From assembly GCF_041956535.1 (NCBI RefSeq), contig NW_027192195.1:832785-896784 (forward strand): DNA of 64,000 nucleotides, given 5' to 3'. The position numbers and the translations under genes were made by a program. Every line of letters begins with the position of its first letter. Positions within the stretch are counted from its first letter, which is position 1. Of this stretch, positions 1-15,677 are shown in pieces. The DNA is from Calcarisporiella thermophila CBS 279.70. Its lineage: Eukaryota; Fungi; Calcarisporiellomycota. The notes beneath the pieces were generated by a model. The model was not told the DNA's origin. It was given only the letters and a program-made list of their open reading frames with translations, and searched no databases.

Positions 1-15
1 ATGATTAATTCTTAG

Positions 16-782
16 AAAGTGAATATAAGAATTCAAGATCTCGATCTCGAAGTCGTAGTCCCCGTCCTTCTCATATTAGCAGTAGTAAACTGAGTGGTTC
101 AGATCATGATCCAGGTATGCACTAACGATAAATTTTTACTTCTTTCCTTTAAAATTACAATATGTGCGATAATACTATTGTTTTTTTATCAGCAGTAGTA
201 TACATTTATCCTTGATTTTATTTTATTCAATTATTTGAAAAATTTAAGAGATTGCTAAATTTTCTTCGCAAGATCTCGAGATTATTTAACCTATCATTTA
301 TAGGACACTCTTTAAAAAGAAATTCCAGAAGTTCAAGTCGTGAAAAAAGGAGAGAGTCGAAATCGCGCTCTGTATCTTCCGATACTGATTCATCGAGAGG
401 TTGATATCTACCTGGTGATTTCTGAGTATCTTTCAAATACATTGAGTATTTTTATTGTAGAGGAAAGGAGGCGGAAAAAAAAGTACAAAAAAGACAAAAA
501 GAAGAGTAGAAAAAAGAGAAGAGCATCTTCCTCAGATGTGAGTCTTAACTAATCATTTTATTAATACTTGATTTATCTTTGAATATACTATAGGATGACG
601 GACCTCGCAGTGCTATTACTGGCAAAAAGGTTAGCTATTGCGTTAATAGCTTGGCAGTGCCCAATCTAACAAATTTTTGAATATTCAAGTTGAAGCTGAA
701 AATTCACAAATCCAGTGAAGATAAACTTCGTGATGAAAACCGTTCTGATCTCTTACAATTTTTAAATTCATCTTATGACTAA
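16..782 (+). CDS. SR/Lys-rich protein, 3' part (5' end outside window), spliced
   Basis: Exons read SRSRSRSRSP, EERRRKKKYKKDKKKSRKKRRASSSD, DDGPRSAITGKK and LKLKIHKSSEDKLRDENRSDLLQFLNSSYD* (TAA 780-782), joined by GT-AG introns. Confidence 0.7.
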
Positions 783-2011
783 AATCACTATTTTATGGTT
801 TGTCTTTTGCATAAAGATCCTCGTTTAATTCAATTACTAAGTTCTAATGCTATTGTAAAATTTATAGGATTACACTAAGGATGGGAAAAGAATTGAGAGT
901 GACATAATTTAAAATATTTTTTACAGTGGATGGCGAAGCAAGATACTATATATAGGATTCCAAGCCAAATACATATGGTCCTCTGCAGCGGTCCCTTCTC
1001 AGTCCCTTCTCTTCGTAAAGAAAATGTTAACTCCCAGACATTATAACTAATTATCCTAAGATTCCAATAAATTTCAATAAAAGACGCTTTCAAACTTATT
1101 ATCTTGATTTTACAAAATACAGAACATTGCATTCTTAATGCTAGAATGTGTTATAGGACTTAAGATATCCTAAGACAATAGAAAGTAGGCATTTTCATGT
1201 GTAGTGATAGTATTCTTTTGTTGCCTCTAAGAACTAGTTTAATTATAGTCGAAATTGATAAAAATACAAATGACAATATATTGTGCTTTTCCATTGGTGT
1301 ATTTTGCTATAATATATTTTTATTATATTTAATATAATTTTTCATCTCATTTTAATATCTAGATGCTTTTTGGCGCGCAATAATCTGATGCATTCATATC
1401 CTCATTAAATTTTTCAATAGTCTTGATTCATAATTCTCTTGAATTATATAAATCGAGAAAATTTTATACCTGAGAGAAAAGGCACCAATACACAAATGAT
1501 TTTAAAAGCAACTCAACAATGACGATATAATCCCTATATTATACAACGAGTATATTTGATTCCTAATGTTGATTCAGTAGTTGCATTAAACTCTTCTTGA
1601 AAATCTTGTATTTAATTTCTTGATTTTTTTTATAAAAAGCGACTCTAAAATAATAAAGACGCAATTTCTATATGCGTTAAATTAGATGGTGTAGAGTAAA
1701 CAAGTATAGCATAGAAGAAATTTGCGAAATTAATATCGTTTTAGTATAAGGTTGAAACTCACAATAGTGGAAAGTATTTCGATGGAATTAAATTGTTTTT
1801 TTAGTATAAATGCTATATCTGTTTATGTACTTGAAGTGACTGCATCTTAATTAAAATTCGATCATTATTGAAACCAGTCTAAAAACGCGTCAATTAAAAA
1901 GCTACAGAAAGCTTTTAAACCTTTCACAGATACACTCAATGGATTTTTTTTTTTTCATATTTCCAATATAATACTCACACATAAATTTATATTTCTTTTT
2001 TATTATTGTAG

Positions 2012-4289
2012 ATGATGACAATTGATAATGAAAGTGTTGAATATAACTCACCAGATATCGGGGCGAAAAGGATAGAAAAATTATCACCTGAGAAGGCTTC
2101 AATGGAACTGCCGCCTATCGAGAACTCTTTGGATAAAATCAAAGGAATGAAAGGAAACCAGGAGCAATCAACTCGAATTTCCACATCTGGAACCGAAAAG
2201 CCCATTATATATACCCGTGGATTAATTAGCACAGATGCGACTTTTGAGAGAGTGATATCAGCTGGTGAAAACACACAGGGTAAAGGAACAGGATCTTTGT
2301 TAAATGAAGATTGTAAACAAAACCACATTGCACAAGATTTGCCAACTGACTATAATCAAGACAATGTTGGCAACATAAAAAATGCGGGAGATGAAGAATG
2401 GCGGCGAGTCACAAGCTTGCACGAAGTCAGCCTACATGATGATGCACCCAATCCATTTTCACTTACTATCGAATGTCCAGTGGATACTGCTGATACTTCT
2501 TCAATATCTTCATTTCCTTTCCATGCACCACTCACCCCAACCTCACCTATTTGCGCTTCGCCAATATCAGAATTCCCGCCCAAGTTACAACGCTCCAACT
2601 CCTTCATCGAGGGTCTGCGCTCCACATTTTCGTTTCGTAGAGCCAGCACTTTCGGAAATGTTGATATGATGCTGGCGAGAATCGAAGTACAAACAATAGA
2701 GTTGGAGAAGGATCCGAGAGGAAAAGAAATTTGTATGAAGCTGCAGGAAGGAATACAAGCGAATTTCGATAGGGTCAGGACTGAAGCTGTTCTTGAAGGT
2801 ATTCAGGACGAGGTTGATTGGGGTAACTGAACTAGGCACTTCTCTCGCAATCATAATTAAATGTTCATTTATTATTGTAATCTTAGATTTCTGGGGACAG
2901 CTCATTTCAGATTTTGACAATGTTATCAAGACTCAACCCAAGAAAGTGACTGAAGTTGTACGACTCGGTATTCCGCCTTCTATACGTGGTATGATCTGGC
3001 AACTCTTTTCGAAATCGAAAGATCCGGAACTCGAAACGACTTACGCGGAGCTTATTAAGCAACAAAGTCCATACGATAAAATGATTGAGCGTGATATTAG
3101 CCGCACATTTCCTGATCACGAATATTTCAAGTTGAAAGATGGTCCTGGACAAGTTGGATTATTTAATGTTTTAAGAGCATATTCTTTATATGACGAGGAG
3201 ATAGGATATTGTCAAGGATTAGCATTTGTAGTTGGGCCATTATTATTAAATGTGAGGATAATGACATTTCTGCTATAAGAAATTAAACTCATAATTGCTT
3301 TTAGATGCCAGAAGAAGAGACTTTTTGCCTCTTAATCCGGCTAGTATCTCACTACGGACTTCGCGACCTTTTCACACCTGATATGGCAGGCCTGAACCTT
3401 CGCCTATTTCAATTTGATCGCCTCCTCGAAGACCATCTTCCGCATGTGTTTCGCCATCTGATGCGTAAAAATGTCCGCTCAACGATGTTTGCTGCACAAT
3501 GGTTTATGACCCTATTTGCATATAAATTTCCGATGGACCTTGTGCTCCGTATCTTTGATGTTATTATGGTAGAAGGAGTTGATGCAGTGTTCAGGTTCGC
3601 AATTGCGTTGATGAAGAGAGGAGAACGAGATATACTTGGGTTGGAGTTTGAGCAGTTGGTAGAATTTTTGAAGATAGGGTTATTTGAATTTTATCCAGTA
3701 AGTCAGAATTATATTCAAGCTTGTATTTACTTTTTCTTAAGACTCCAAATATTAGAATGCCAATGAACTTGTTTCGGATGCATACAATATTTCCATTACC
3801 ACCAAACAACTAAAGCGCCTTGCGAAAGCGTATACCGTTGAGCTTAAAAAGGCAGCTCAAGAACATCAGCAGCTCTTCGTATTAAAGCAAGCGAATTCAC
3901 AACTTGCAGCTCATATTAAGAGACTCGAGGCAAGCCTGGATGCGCTCAACTCAGAACATTGTACATTGACAAATGAGCTTATCACCACGAAAATGCAGCT
4001 TGCTCATACACAGGAAGAAAATGAGTCTTTAGATGCCCGATGTGAGGAATTAAAATTGAGGATAGAAGAGATACCCCACGAAATTGAAGAGAGGTTTAAA
4101 ACTGAGATGGATTCTTTAGCAAAGAAGAACGTAGAACTTGTACAGCGAAATACGACTTTAGAGGATCAATTAAATCAAACCGAGGTTCAACTGATCGATA
4201 CACGAGTCAAGCATGCACAGTTAGAGAGTGAGAGAGAGAGTTTGAAATGGACTCTAAATGAGTTAAGAAAGACTCTGGGAAACGTATAA
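2012..4289 (+). CDS. TBC-domain Rab GTPase-activating protein with C-terminal coiled coil (Gyp5/EVI5-like)
   Basis: Motifs GIPPSIRGMIW, IERDISRTFP (Arg finger), GYCQG (Gln finger) and QWFMTLF are followed by a heptad-rich C-terminus; 3 introns. Confidence 0.92.
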
Positions 4290-4442
4290 AAATTAAGCTA
4301 CATCTATTTTAATGCTCAATCCATTTATTGTGTCGAAGATGTTTTTTTTTCTTTTTTTCAGCATTTCGTATTATATATTTTTTTATTTCTAATATGTTTT
4401 GGAACAATCCTTCTCTACTCTCTATTATAATCCCAATGAAAA

Positions 4443-5048
4443 TTATTGTCCAAAAATTCGACTATATTCGGGGGGAATTTTGAATACGCGACATTTATCC
4501 TTAAAAACTTTCAAGCTTCGACCGCGAATTATACTTTCAACTTCCACTTCATTTGCTACCCACCTACGCTATTAACTCATGTAGATCATGTCAATTAGTC
4601 ACAATTAATTCCTAATCGAATATAGATGTATACCTTAGTTTCCTCTGCATATACTGCATCCTTAATATCGTAATCATCTGGATCTTCAGCCAATATTTTA
4701 TTTTTTCTATCAAGCTCTGCATCCATTATCTATATAATTGGATTTCATTACTTTAGTTTGAGTAAAATACTAAAGAGCTTATAAGAACCTTCAAGCATTT
4801 ATTAATGGCGTCTTCTCTTGTTCGATAGGCATTCATGAGCTGCTGGAAAAACTCTGCGCAGGCTTGTTCACTGTGTGTGTCGGTTGTATTCATGCGAAGC
4901 ATAATATTATCGTCGGGCTTACGAAGCTCTTTCATTATTTCTATACAATATAACTATTAACATAAAATATAATGTATTGTATATAACCTTGATATATACC
5001 CTTAAAATAAGAGAGATTATAACATGTACTCATCTCTATTTCAGGCAT
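4443..5048 (-). CDS. MIX23: Mitochondrial intermembrane-space protein Mix23/CCDC58 (Cid2 family)
   Basis: Spliced product MPEIEMSTCYNLSYFK-EIMKELRKPDDNIMLRMN...C..FF..L...R...I..C...NEVEVESIIRGRSLKVFKDKC, with the family Cys pattern. Confidence 0.85.
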
Positions 5049-5525
5049 CGTGGGTGGGAATTTAAATATGTATATATATGTGTGTGTAAATAGTATGATG
5101 GCAAGGCGCGTTTCAATGAGAAAGAAAATGTGACTGTTTATGTTTTGAACTAAAGGTTAAAATCTGAAACTATTTCTTATAGTATTATATGTGGCTGCGT
5201 TCAATTATACTTTCGGTATAGATGCCCAATTTCAAATGGCAATAAATCCTCTTCCAAAATTCAAGGTTGATTTGGCAGTTGTCATGATCATCTTGATATT
5301 AAGCCCAAATGTTTAAACAGTGTGTGATTTTAATTTTTGTTTTTCATAAAAAGAACGCATATAATATCAGAACACTTAAAATTAAATATTTCTTAATAGG
5401 AATAAATCATTAAGCTACAAGATTTTAGGCCTGCTATTTTTTTTTTACTGCATTATTCATATTTTAAATGATATTATAAATATAAAACATAATTTAAGCT
5501 CCAACCTATATTCATTCTCTTGCTT

Positions 5526-8083
5526 CTACCAGCTACGGAACACGATATTGCGACATTCACTCGTAGTATCAACGATAAAGTCTTGCTTTGCTGTAAGTAG
5601 TTTTTTAGGATCGATACGAACTTCAGGCTGAATCAATTCGAGTTTTACTTCCCACTTTTGTTTTGTATTAGAAGGCAAGTCACGTAATTCGAAGCTAAAT
5701 TTGTTATCCAAGTCAGGTTGAAGCTGGCCTTCTTTATACCATTTCACCAAGTATTTTTCTCCTACAATGCGCTGATCTTTTGGACGAAATTGGGCGAGAG
5801 GAATAGCCTTAAGTTCAACACTGTAACCGCGCCCGTTTTCCTGGAAATTTTTGGTATTATCGTCATGTTGATGTTGTAGGAAAGGTGTACCAAACTTGGT
5901 TTTGTTTGTACATGAAACATTAACCTCATCGATTAGCGAAATTTTTTTCAAAAATTGATGCCAAAGACATTCCTGGCAGACCGGACACCTAATAATAAAT
6001 ACGATATTTGAGCTATGAGTGAATATTAGCTTCAAGTATAAAGAATACAAATGAGTTCTCGTCATGTTTCGCATAAGGCACTGTTACATATTAGAGAGTT
6101 ATTTGAAAAAGGCTTAATAATTGAGTAGAAAGTTATTGCTTACCCCTAAAGAAAAAATAATTAATCAATACCATATCACTTCATGATATAAGAGAAATAG
6201 TACCTTCATTCGTTGGTCTATATGTCTTTCGTGTCTGTGATTCGGCGATGGTGGGATAGGCCGATATCTATGTTTTGAAGTTAATCAGTCCTCCTACCAT
6301 AAATAAGATATCTAAAAATACAGCATACATGCGAGGAGTCTAATACGAATTCATCTTCGCCCGCGTATTCCTGAACTGTGACACTACACAATTGGCGGAT
6401 AGGGGAACTTGGACCATTTTTAGGAAACCCTTGGCGGAATTCGAGCGTGTGCATCCCAGCCTTGAAGCCCCCATTGTTTCCTGTGCTAGAATATTCGAAG
6501 AAGTGTCGGTCCAGATCTCCTGTTGATTTCCATGGAATCGCCTTTCCATCTAATAAGATCTAATTTTAAAATTTATTAACCAATAAATTTATCAGTAGAG
6601 AAATTGTGATCAATATACTTTGAGGGATCCTTCACTTTCCACCCCAGAGGCTGAAATTCGAATCATCCAACGTGGAAAACGGCCAGTTGTATTGAATTTC
6701 ACTTTGTATGGACCTTGTGCCAGGTCATACCAGGCATAATCAGCTGCTGCTAGGTTGCTTTTCTCTTCCCGCACAGGACCAGTAAGCCAATGCTTCCATG
6801 GAATATCTCTGAGCGATTTTGCATTATTACATCCAGAATAAACAGAACCATTATCGTATTCCTCTGGAAAAATGTGTTATAAAAAGGAATAAATATAATC
6901 TATTAAATTGACACTTACCGCCGACTTCCAGAAAACTATGCCTGGTTTTATTTACAATTAGAATTAGCCATATTAGTTATTGGTTTATAATCGTAGTTAA
7001 CACACCCCATTTCGTGTCTAATGACAATTGTTCCCGAAGTCTCAGATGAAGTACTAATAATAAATTCGCCACCAAGCCCTCCGTAATATGGGTCGTTTCC
7101 TATGAGAGAAGGAAAATCACAGGAAGACTGTCCGATAGAATCACATGCTGCGTGGGCCTCTCTCCTTTTAGAAGCGTAAATCCCTCGTAGTTCTGATCCC
7201 TCACGGTAGAGACCGAAAGCAGTATCCTTTGGTTTTCCTTTAGAACCAATTCCGCTTTCTTTGGAAGGTCGGAAAAGTGCCCAGAGATTAAATAATGGTC
7301 TAACAGATGTAAACGTTCCAATCAGAAACATATCATTGGCGAGACGTTGGATGTCTTTGAAGAATTTATCGCGCTCTTGTTGTTGATATCCATCGCCCAT
7401 AAAAACGACATCAATACGGTTCTGTAGCTCAATACTTAAGTGAAGCTTTTTTTTTTCAATCATGGAAAAGAGGTTACCTTAGAGTCACCATTATCGAGAA
7501 TTTTTCTCTAATGATTATTACATTACGCTGTAAGTATTAAAATTCATTTCAATATTCCGAATTAATTCTTACCACTTCATCCGCCGTACCTACATCTGTC
7601 TTATCTAAATTATTTCCTTTAATTGCGAGAGTGCTAGCTAACTGCCGAGCTCCAAATAGACTTTTATCTTTTTTCCAGCCATTGACCCTAGAGCAGATAC
7701 GACTAAGTGCTTCGTTGACATTTTTTTGGTTATAACCATAGATTGTTATGAGCTCATCCCTATTGTGAGAGTCTCCAAATTGGCTAAACTCCTCTGAATT
7801 CAAGTTCTTGTGCCGTTGAATCAAGTTAGCTCCATTTCCTACTAATCCACGATGTAATTGCGAATACTCAGAACTTAAGATTTCACATTCTTTAGTGCTC
7901 GGATTGAAATACGCTTTAACTCGCAAAATATCTATCCCAGTACGGGCTATCGTCGTTGAAGCGGTTATACTAAGCATACAATACTTAGAAATTACACAGA
8001 CCTATTTTATTAGTAGATATTTACCCAAGAATAATTTGGTAAACCGATATTGCAAACAAAAGAAATTTGTTTAGATACCACAT
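5526..8083 (-). CDS. M64 (IgA peptidase-like) zinc metallopeptidase; start approximate
   Basis: NRIDVVFMGDGY, YYGGLGG, a Zn motif HEMGH completed by a microexon (HSFLEVG-EEYD), and CLMRNM...CPVCQE near the C-terminus. Confidence 0.85.
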
Positions 8084-9955
8084 TGTGTTTTGAGCATAAA
8101 GGACTATGAATAGGTTATCTAGAGACTCTTGATTATAATGTGGAGAGATCAAGTCTCTTTGTAATATATAAGTGAAATCTCAGCTTCAGGTCATGCCTCT
8201 ATCATAATTGCGCTAGTCATAAGATACTTTCGTAATCCTCTAGTAATATAACTTCCACGGGACACAAGGTGTTAAAATCACACGCAAAAAATTTGTACAA
8301 GAAAGTGCTAACCTTACAAAGTTAATTGTATGTTACACGCGATCGTCGATTAATTCTCCTAAAATAAATAACAGATGAGATGATCTTAGCTTTTCTCAAG
8401 CTATTCTAAGCAAATTGAGGAGACCATGGTTCAACGAATACTTATACTTATCATACCGTTAATACCAGAATATTCCAAGAGGACACAAAAATCATAATCT
8501 ATTAGGTAATATATCTATATCGTAATACATCTGGTCAGCACAAAAAATGAAACTATATCATTTGGAAGCACGAAATCAGCTGCATCATTCGTTTAGTAAA
8601 CTCAAAATTCTATATTTCTTTGCTTTTTACGAGGATCTTAGAGACACTAAGCTAATTATTGACCTCGAATAATTTGAATGTAATTCTGGCAAGGTAGGGT
8701 AGAATTGTACGTACAAATAAACCATCCAGTTAAAATCCCTTGGTATAGTTTGATATAGTTTTTTCTATTTGAAATAGATATGGTAACCTTGGGCACATCG
8801 TGCATCACGGATACTTGACATACTAAAGACATGACACTTTTTAATTTTTAGCGTTTTTATCATTATAACTACTAATTGTCTAATCAGTGAAATATCATTT
8901 GTGCACTTATCTAAATGTCAATTCCTTATACTTCGCTAGAGTTGATTAAGTCTGATTATAATTTTGATAACTTAAAAACCAAAATTTCAAAATTTTGAAA
9001 AAATCAATAAAATAAAAGTTTTTAAAAATTTTCAATTTTATCGAAAATTTCTAAATTTCATAGAATTTTTATAATTTGCGCCAATAATATTTTTATAAAA
9101 CAAAAATATTGAAAATGTTTATTATGTTCAAAAATTGTAATTCTCTTAACTGGTTCTTACATTGTCAAGTATAATAAAACTTGTTTGGGGATAATAAAGG
9201 CATTGTAAATTGTATGGCGATAATGTGAATCTAGTATTTTTGTATGAGCTATAATCTTTTGCAGTAGATTATAGAATTTTTTAATAGATGGCTACTTTTG
9301 TATCAGATGATGATTCCTTGGGTGAAATAGCCCTTAGTATTATATTTCCTTGGAGATTTACAAAAAAGTTGATTTACAAATATATAGTGTATAATTAAGC
9401 GTATATTTGTTCAATTGTACACTCGTCCACTTTTATTATGATTCTCATGTTTACTCAATGAAACTATGTTAAAATATTTAAATACATGGATTGACAAAAA
9501 TCCCAATGACTCATTATTTACAACAAGTATTATCTAATCTTCGATGTATCTCGATTTTGGCAATGAAGTTAATTGAGATTTTTATACGACTCAGAATGCA
9601 AAAAGGTTTGAGATAAATATTTTATTGGCATTGAAAAAAAAAAAATCATAAATCCGTAGGTCTTGTTAAATAATTCCCTTTATCCGAAGTTGCCTAAAAA
9701 AAATTGACATCCTGCGCAGTGACCCCGCCTGTTAATAAAAATAAACCAAAGTTTTCCATCATGAATAAGAAGCAAGTAGTAGTAGTGGCAATCATATGGC
9801 AATAATATCATTTTTCTATCGTGTTGAAATATCGTCGTTATTTAAAATTTGTATTAAAAGATAACTCTAAGGCACAGGTAGGAATCAACAAATATAAAAA
9901 GAAGATATATAAGAAGAAAGAGCGAAAAATATCTTAGAAAATAAAAGGTTATAAA

Positions 9956-11904
<1,949 letters not shown>

Positions 11905-12351
11905 TATTGTGAGGGTATGGATCTCAAAGGTTATCAAGATACCTTAGAATACAAGATATAAAATAGCTGCGCCACTCAACTTGAAATTGCCTAGATTTAT
12001 TATTAGCATGTGCTATTTCTTGGGTGCCAATAATGCCTTAAGCATACTTTTGGTAGTTTTAACATTTTTTAGAATCCTTTATATTGTAATGGGGTCTATT
12101 GAAGTTATGTTTATTTCAGCGAATATATCTTATAGCATTCCTTCGTTTGACTTATAATCGTATAGTTCATGCTATTTACGACTGTTTTGGAATATCATTT
12201 TTACCCAGGATACCTCTGAACAGCAAATCTTAGTCTCAACTCTGGTTTGAGAACCGTACCCAGCTCTCTCTGCTGAATATCAAATTAATTTAATTTATCT
12301 CTTTTTTCTTTCTTTCTTTCTTTCATGTACATAAACACGCAAAATTCCTCC

Positions 12352-12886
12352 CCTACAAAAACCCGCCTGGTGAAAACTGCTAGAAAACGTATAGGAGCAC
12401 GTAGAAAAGTAGGTAAAAAGTTTGTAAAAGTTTAGGGAATCGCAAACCTCCTCCATCTTTTCTACNNNNNNNNNNNNNNNNNNNNNNNNNNNNNNNNNNN
12501 NNNNNNNNNNNNNNNNNNNNNNNNNNNNNNNNNNNNNNNNNNNNNNNNNNNNNNNNNNNNNNNNNNNNNNNNNNNNNNNNNNNNNNNNNNNNNNNNNNNN
12601 NNNNNNNNNNNNNNNNNNNNNNNNNNNNNNNNNNNNNNNNNNNNNNNNNNNNNNNNNNNNNNNNNNNNNNNNNNNNNNNNNNNNNNNNNNNNNNNNNNNN
12701 NNNNNNNNNNNNNNNNNNNNNNNNNNNNNNNNNNNNNNNNNNNNNNNNNNNNNNNNNNNNNNNNNNNNNNNNNNNNNNNNNNNNNNNNNNNNNNNNNNNN
12801 NNNNNNNNNNTCGACCTAACCTCCTCCATCTTTCTACGTGCTCCTATACGTTTCTAGCAGTTTTCACCAGGCGGGTTTTTTGTAGG
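12352..12886. mobile_element. Inverted-repeat (MITE-like/hairpin) element spanning the assembly gap
   Basis: 12352-12409 is the reverse complement of 12830-12886 (about 57 bp), differing only in homopolymer lengths; no coding capacity is visible. Confidence 0.55.
12466..12810. other. Assembly gap (345 N)
   Basis: Run of N. Confidence 1.
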
Positions 12887-13931
12887 CGCTCTATGTTTTT
12901 TTTTTCCTTCTTCCAACTTCCAGTTCCTTCAAGGAAGCCCAGGAGCATTTCCTGAGTGATTTTGAAGTAGATCCTATCCTACCTTATTAACAGGATAGAT
13001 TACTTTTCAATAAAGGACCTTCGTAAAAAAAGTCTAGGAATATTACCTAATATTTCCCTAATATATCGCCATTTATAACTAGGTAATAACTTAGAAAAAA
13101 AGCAATAACTAAGGATGCGATGTCTTGTCAAACGGCTCAATAGTTAAGCGATTTTATTGCTTATACTCGATACGAAATATTGTAGTGCCAAAAAAAAACT
13201 AAAGGATAGTGGAAATGCATGTTGTTTCATAAACACGGAGCGTTTATCATCATAATCCTTTCGAGTGACCTAACTCAAATGTGCGGAGCGATTAGGGCAA
13301 ATAGGAATAATTCTAATATCGGAGCTAGAATCAACCCCATCTATATTACTGTTTTTCATATGAACATTTTACATAGCTAGTAGATGAGTCTGGCAATTCA
13401 GAGGCGATATTACCGAGTAGCATGTTGGGAGTTAAATAGTTGTAACTTCCATTGAATGGATAGGGCAATTGGTATATATTGAGTAACTTGCAGTATAGCA
13501 TTTTTTTTTTTTTCAAAGAAACGTCTTTTGAATTAAAGGCCAGATGTTGGGGTAGTTTTCTGAATTTCCTTGGCTGCCAAATGCATCAATCGGCTCAAGC
13601 AATTTACTAAGTCATGCTTGCCTGTTAGTGGGAGAAAACGGTGTAGACAGAGTACATATACACGTCTAGAAATAATGTGTAATTTGAATTTTGTGCAGAG
13701 ATACTTACTATGTTGATGGCATTCAAAAGTTCTTATTTAGTATGCCAATGAAAATATCCAAAAGGGAAAAAAGAGAATTGCAAAGACCAATCGCAAACTA
13801 GTATGTAAAGTCCGCGTGAGATCCAGTGTTCTCGCATATTTTTTTAACGCCTGACACTTATTTTGTTTTTCCTTTTTCTCTCTTTTTCCAACATTTTTTA
13901 ATTCGTTATTAATCTTGCTACTCATTTGATT

Positions 13932-15340
13932 ATGCTTGCGGCAGAACAGAGTTCCGATACCGCCACGCCTTCAACCATGCCCTCGAAAATTCAAAGACAA
14001 CATCGGATCCGTCATGCTGAGCGAGATCGTTTTCATCGCATTGGGTCATTAGTGAAGAATCTTCTTAGGAATCGGGGAGGCAAACGGGATTCTTTCAAGC
14101 AATTATTTATGCAAAGCCTTTATGAACTGGTCAAGAAGAAGCAAATTATTGAACCTGTTCCAACCATTGATGACACAATTGATCTATCGTGGGTTTATAG
14201 CCTAATTTTCTCTATTAATTATTTAATCAACTAATTGCTAAGTTTTTTTATTTTAGTCATTTACATGGAGATGATCTTCGAGATAAAGTCGTGCATTTTA
14301 TTCATCGTCTCGACATACCTGGTTGGCACGACATTGTGGAGCAGGATGTTCAGCTCAGCCGTATCTCCGGGGCCCTCACCAACTGTGTTTTCCTAGTTAC
14401 GGCACCTTCCAAACGGCAAAAGTTGCTATTGAGAGTGTATGGTGTTGGAGTAGAGCAGCTTTTTCATCGCGAAAAGGAGCTGTACTGGATGCGCCTTTTG
14501 TCACAACTTAACATTGGTGCACAACTACTGGGCATTTTCGGAAATGGTCGTTTTGAACAGTATCTAGAATCCACTACTCTAACCAGATTCGATCTTCGTG
14601 ATCCTCAAACTTCTCGCAGCATTGCACGCAAGCTCTATGAGCTCCATTCAATCGTGAATACATTTCCTCCTAAAAACGGGAGTGAAACCGTGCCGGAGGT
14701 CTGGGTAAACATTGACAAATGGTACGAGTTGGCGCTCTCGATGGTCACCGAATGGTACAAGAAGAATCCAGATGAAAAGCGGCGCGATATGCTTCGACAG
14801 TTCGATTTGTTTTCTCTTCGAGATGAGATTGACCAATTGAAGTGTGAAATCCCAAAGGCTGCTCCAAGTCCGATAGTATTCGCCCATAATGATACGCAGT
14901 ATGGGAACATTTTACGGCTTGATTCTCCTCCTCATGAATTGGTCATAGTGGATTTTGAATACGCTGGATATAATTTTCGAGGTTATGATATCGGAAATCA
15001 CTTTTGCGAATGGATGGCGGATTATCATTCTGAGGAACCCCATATATTGCATCTTGAACGATATCCCAATCATGAAGAACAGCTTAATTTCTTAGAAGCC
15101 TACCTTGACGCCGAACTTGTTGCTTCTAGCCGTAAGCTCGATGCAGCTGCACGCCAAGATGCATTGGAAAAATTGGCCGATGAAGCCAATAAATGGGCCG
15201 TTGTAAGTCATCTCTTATGGGGACTATGGGGACTTGTACAAGCTGCACAATCAGAAATAGATTTCGACTATTTCTCGTATGCTCTTCAACGCTTGGAAAT
15301 TTTTCGAACAATGTCTCGGAAATACGGTTGGACTCATTAG
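13932..15340 (+). CDS. Choline/ethanolamine kinase
   Basis: ISGALTNCVF, LLRVYG, GRFEQY, Brenner motif FAHNDTQYGNIL and VDFEYAGYNFRGYDIGNHFCEW; one intron near 14189-14256. Confidence 0.93.
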
Positions 15341-15677
15341 GAATTGATATGATGGACTTAGTAAACATTGAGGATATTTTACCGGCACGAATTTCTCTTA
15401 TATTCTCGAAACAGTATTGTAATATAGATGTTTCTTATGGTTTTCCTATATATATTTATATTATCCCCTATTCTTTTGTTTTTGTGGATACGCTTTATTC
15501 TTCCAAAGACTTTATGCAGTTTTTTTTTTTTGTTATTGGTAATCCGAATTATATCTATGCTATATAACTAATTCTATTCAATGTGATAACTTGCATCGAA
15601 TCATCAGTTTTTGAATAAAGCATCCTTTTATTTTTATATAGGGATAATGTATATAAAACAAAAAGCTTAGGATAAGT

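Noticed and set aside
8960-9130. A/T-tract region with short palindromes (TTTCAAAATTTTGAAA)
   Set aside because: It is low-complexity sequence with no definable termini or coding remnant.
12380-12829. 149-aa ORF across the gap
   Set aside because: It is an artefact of translating Ns.
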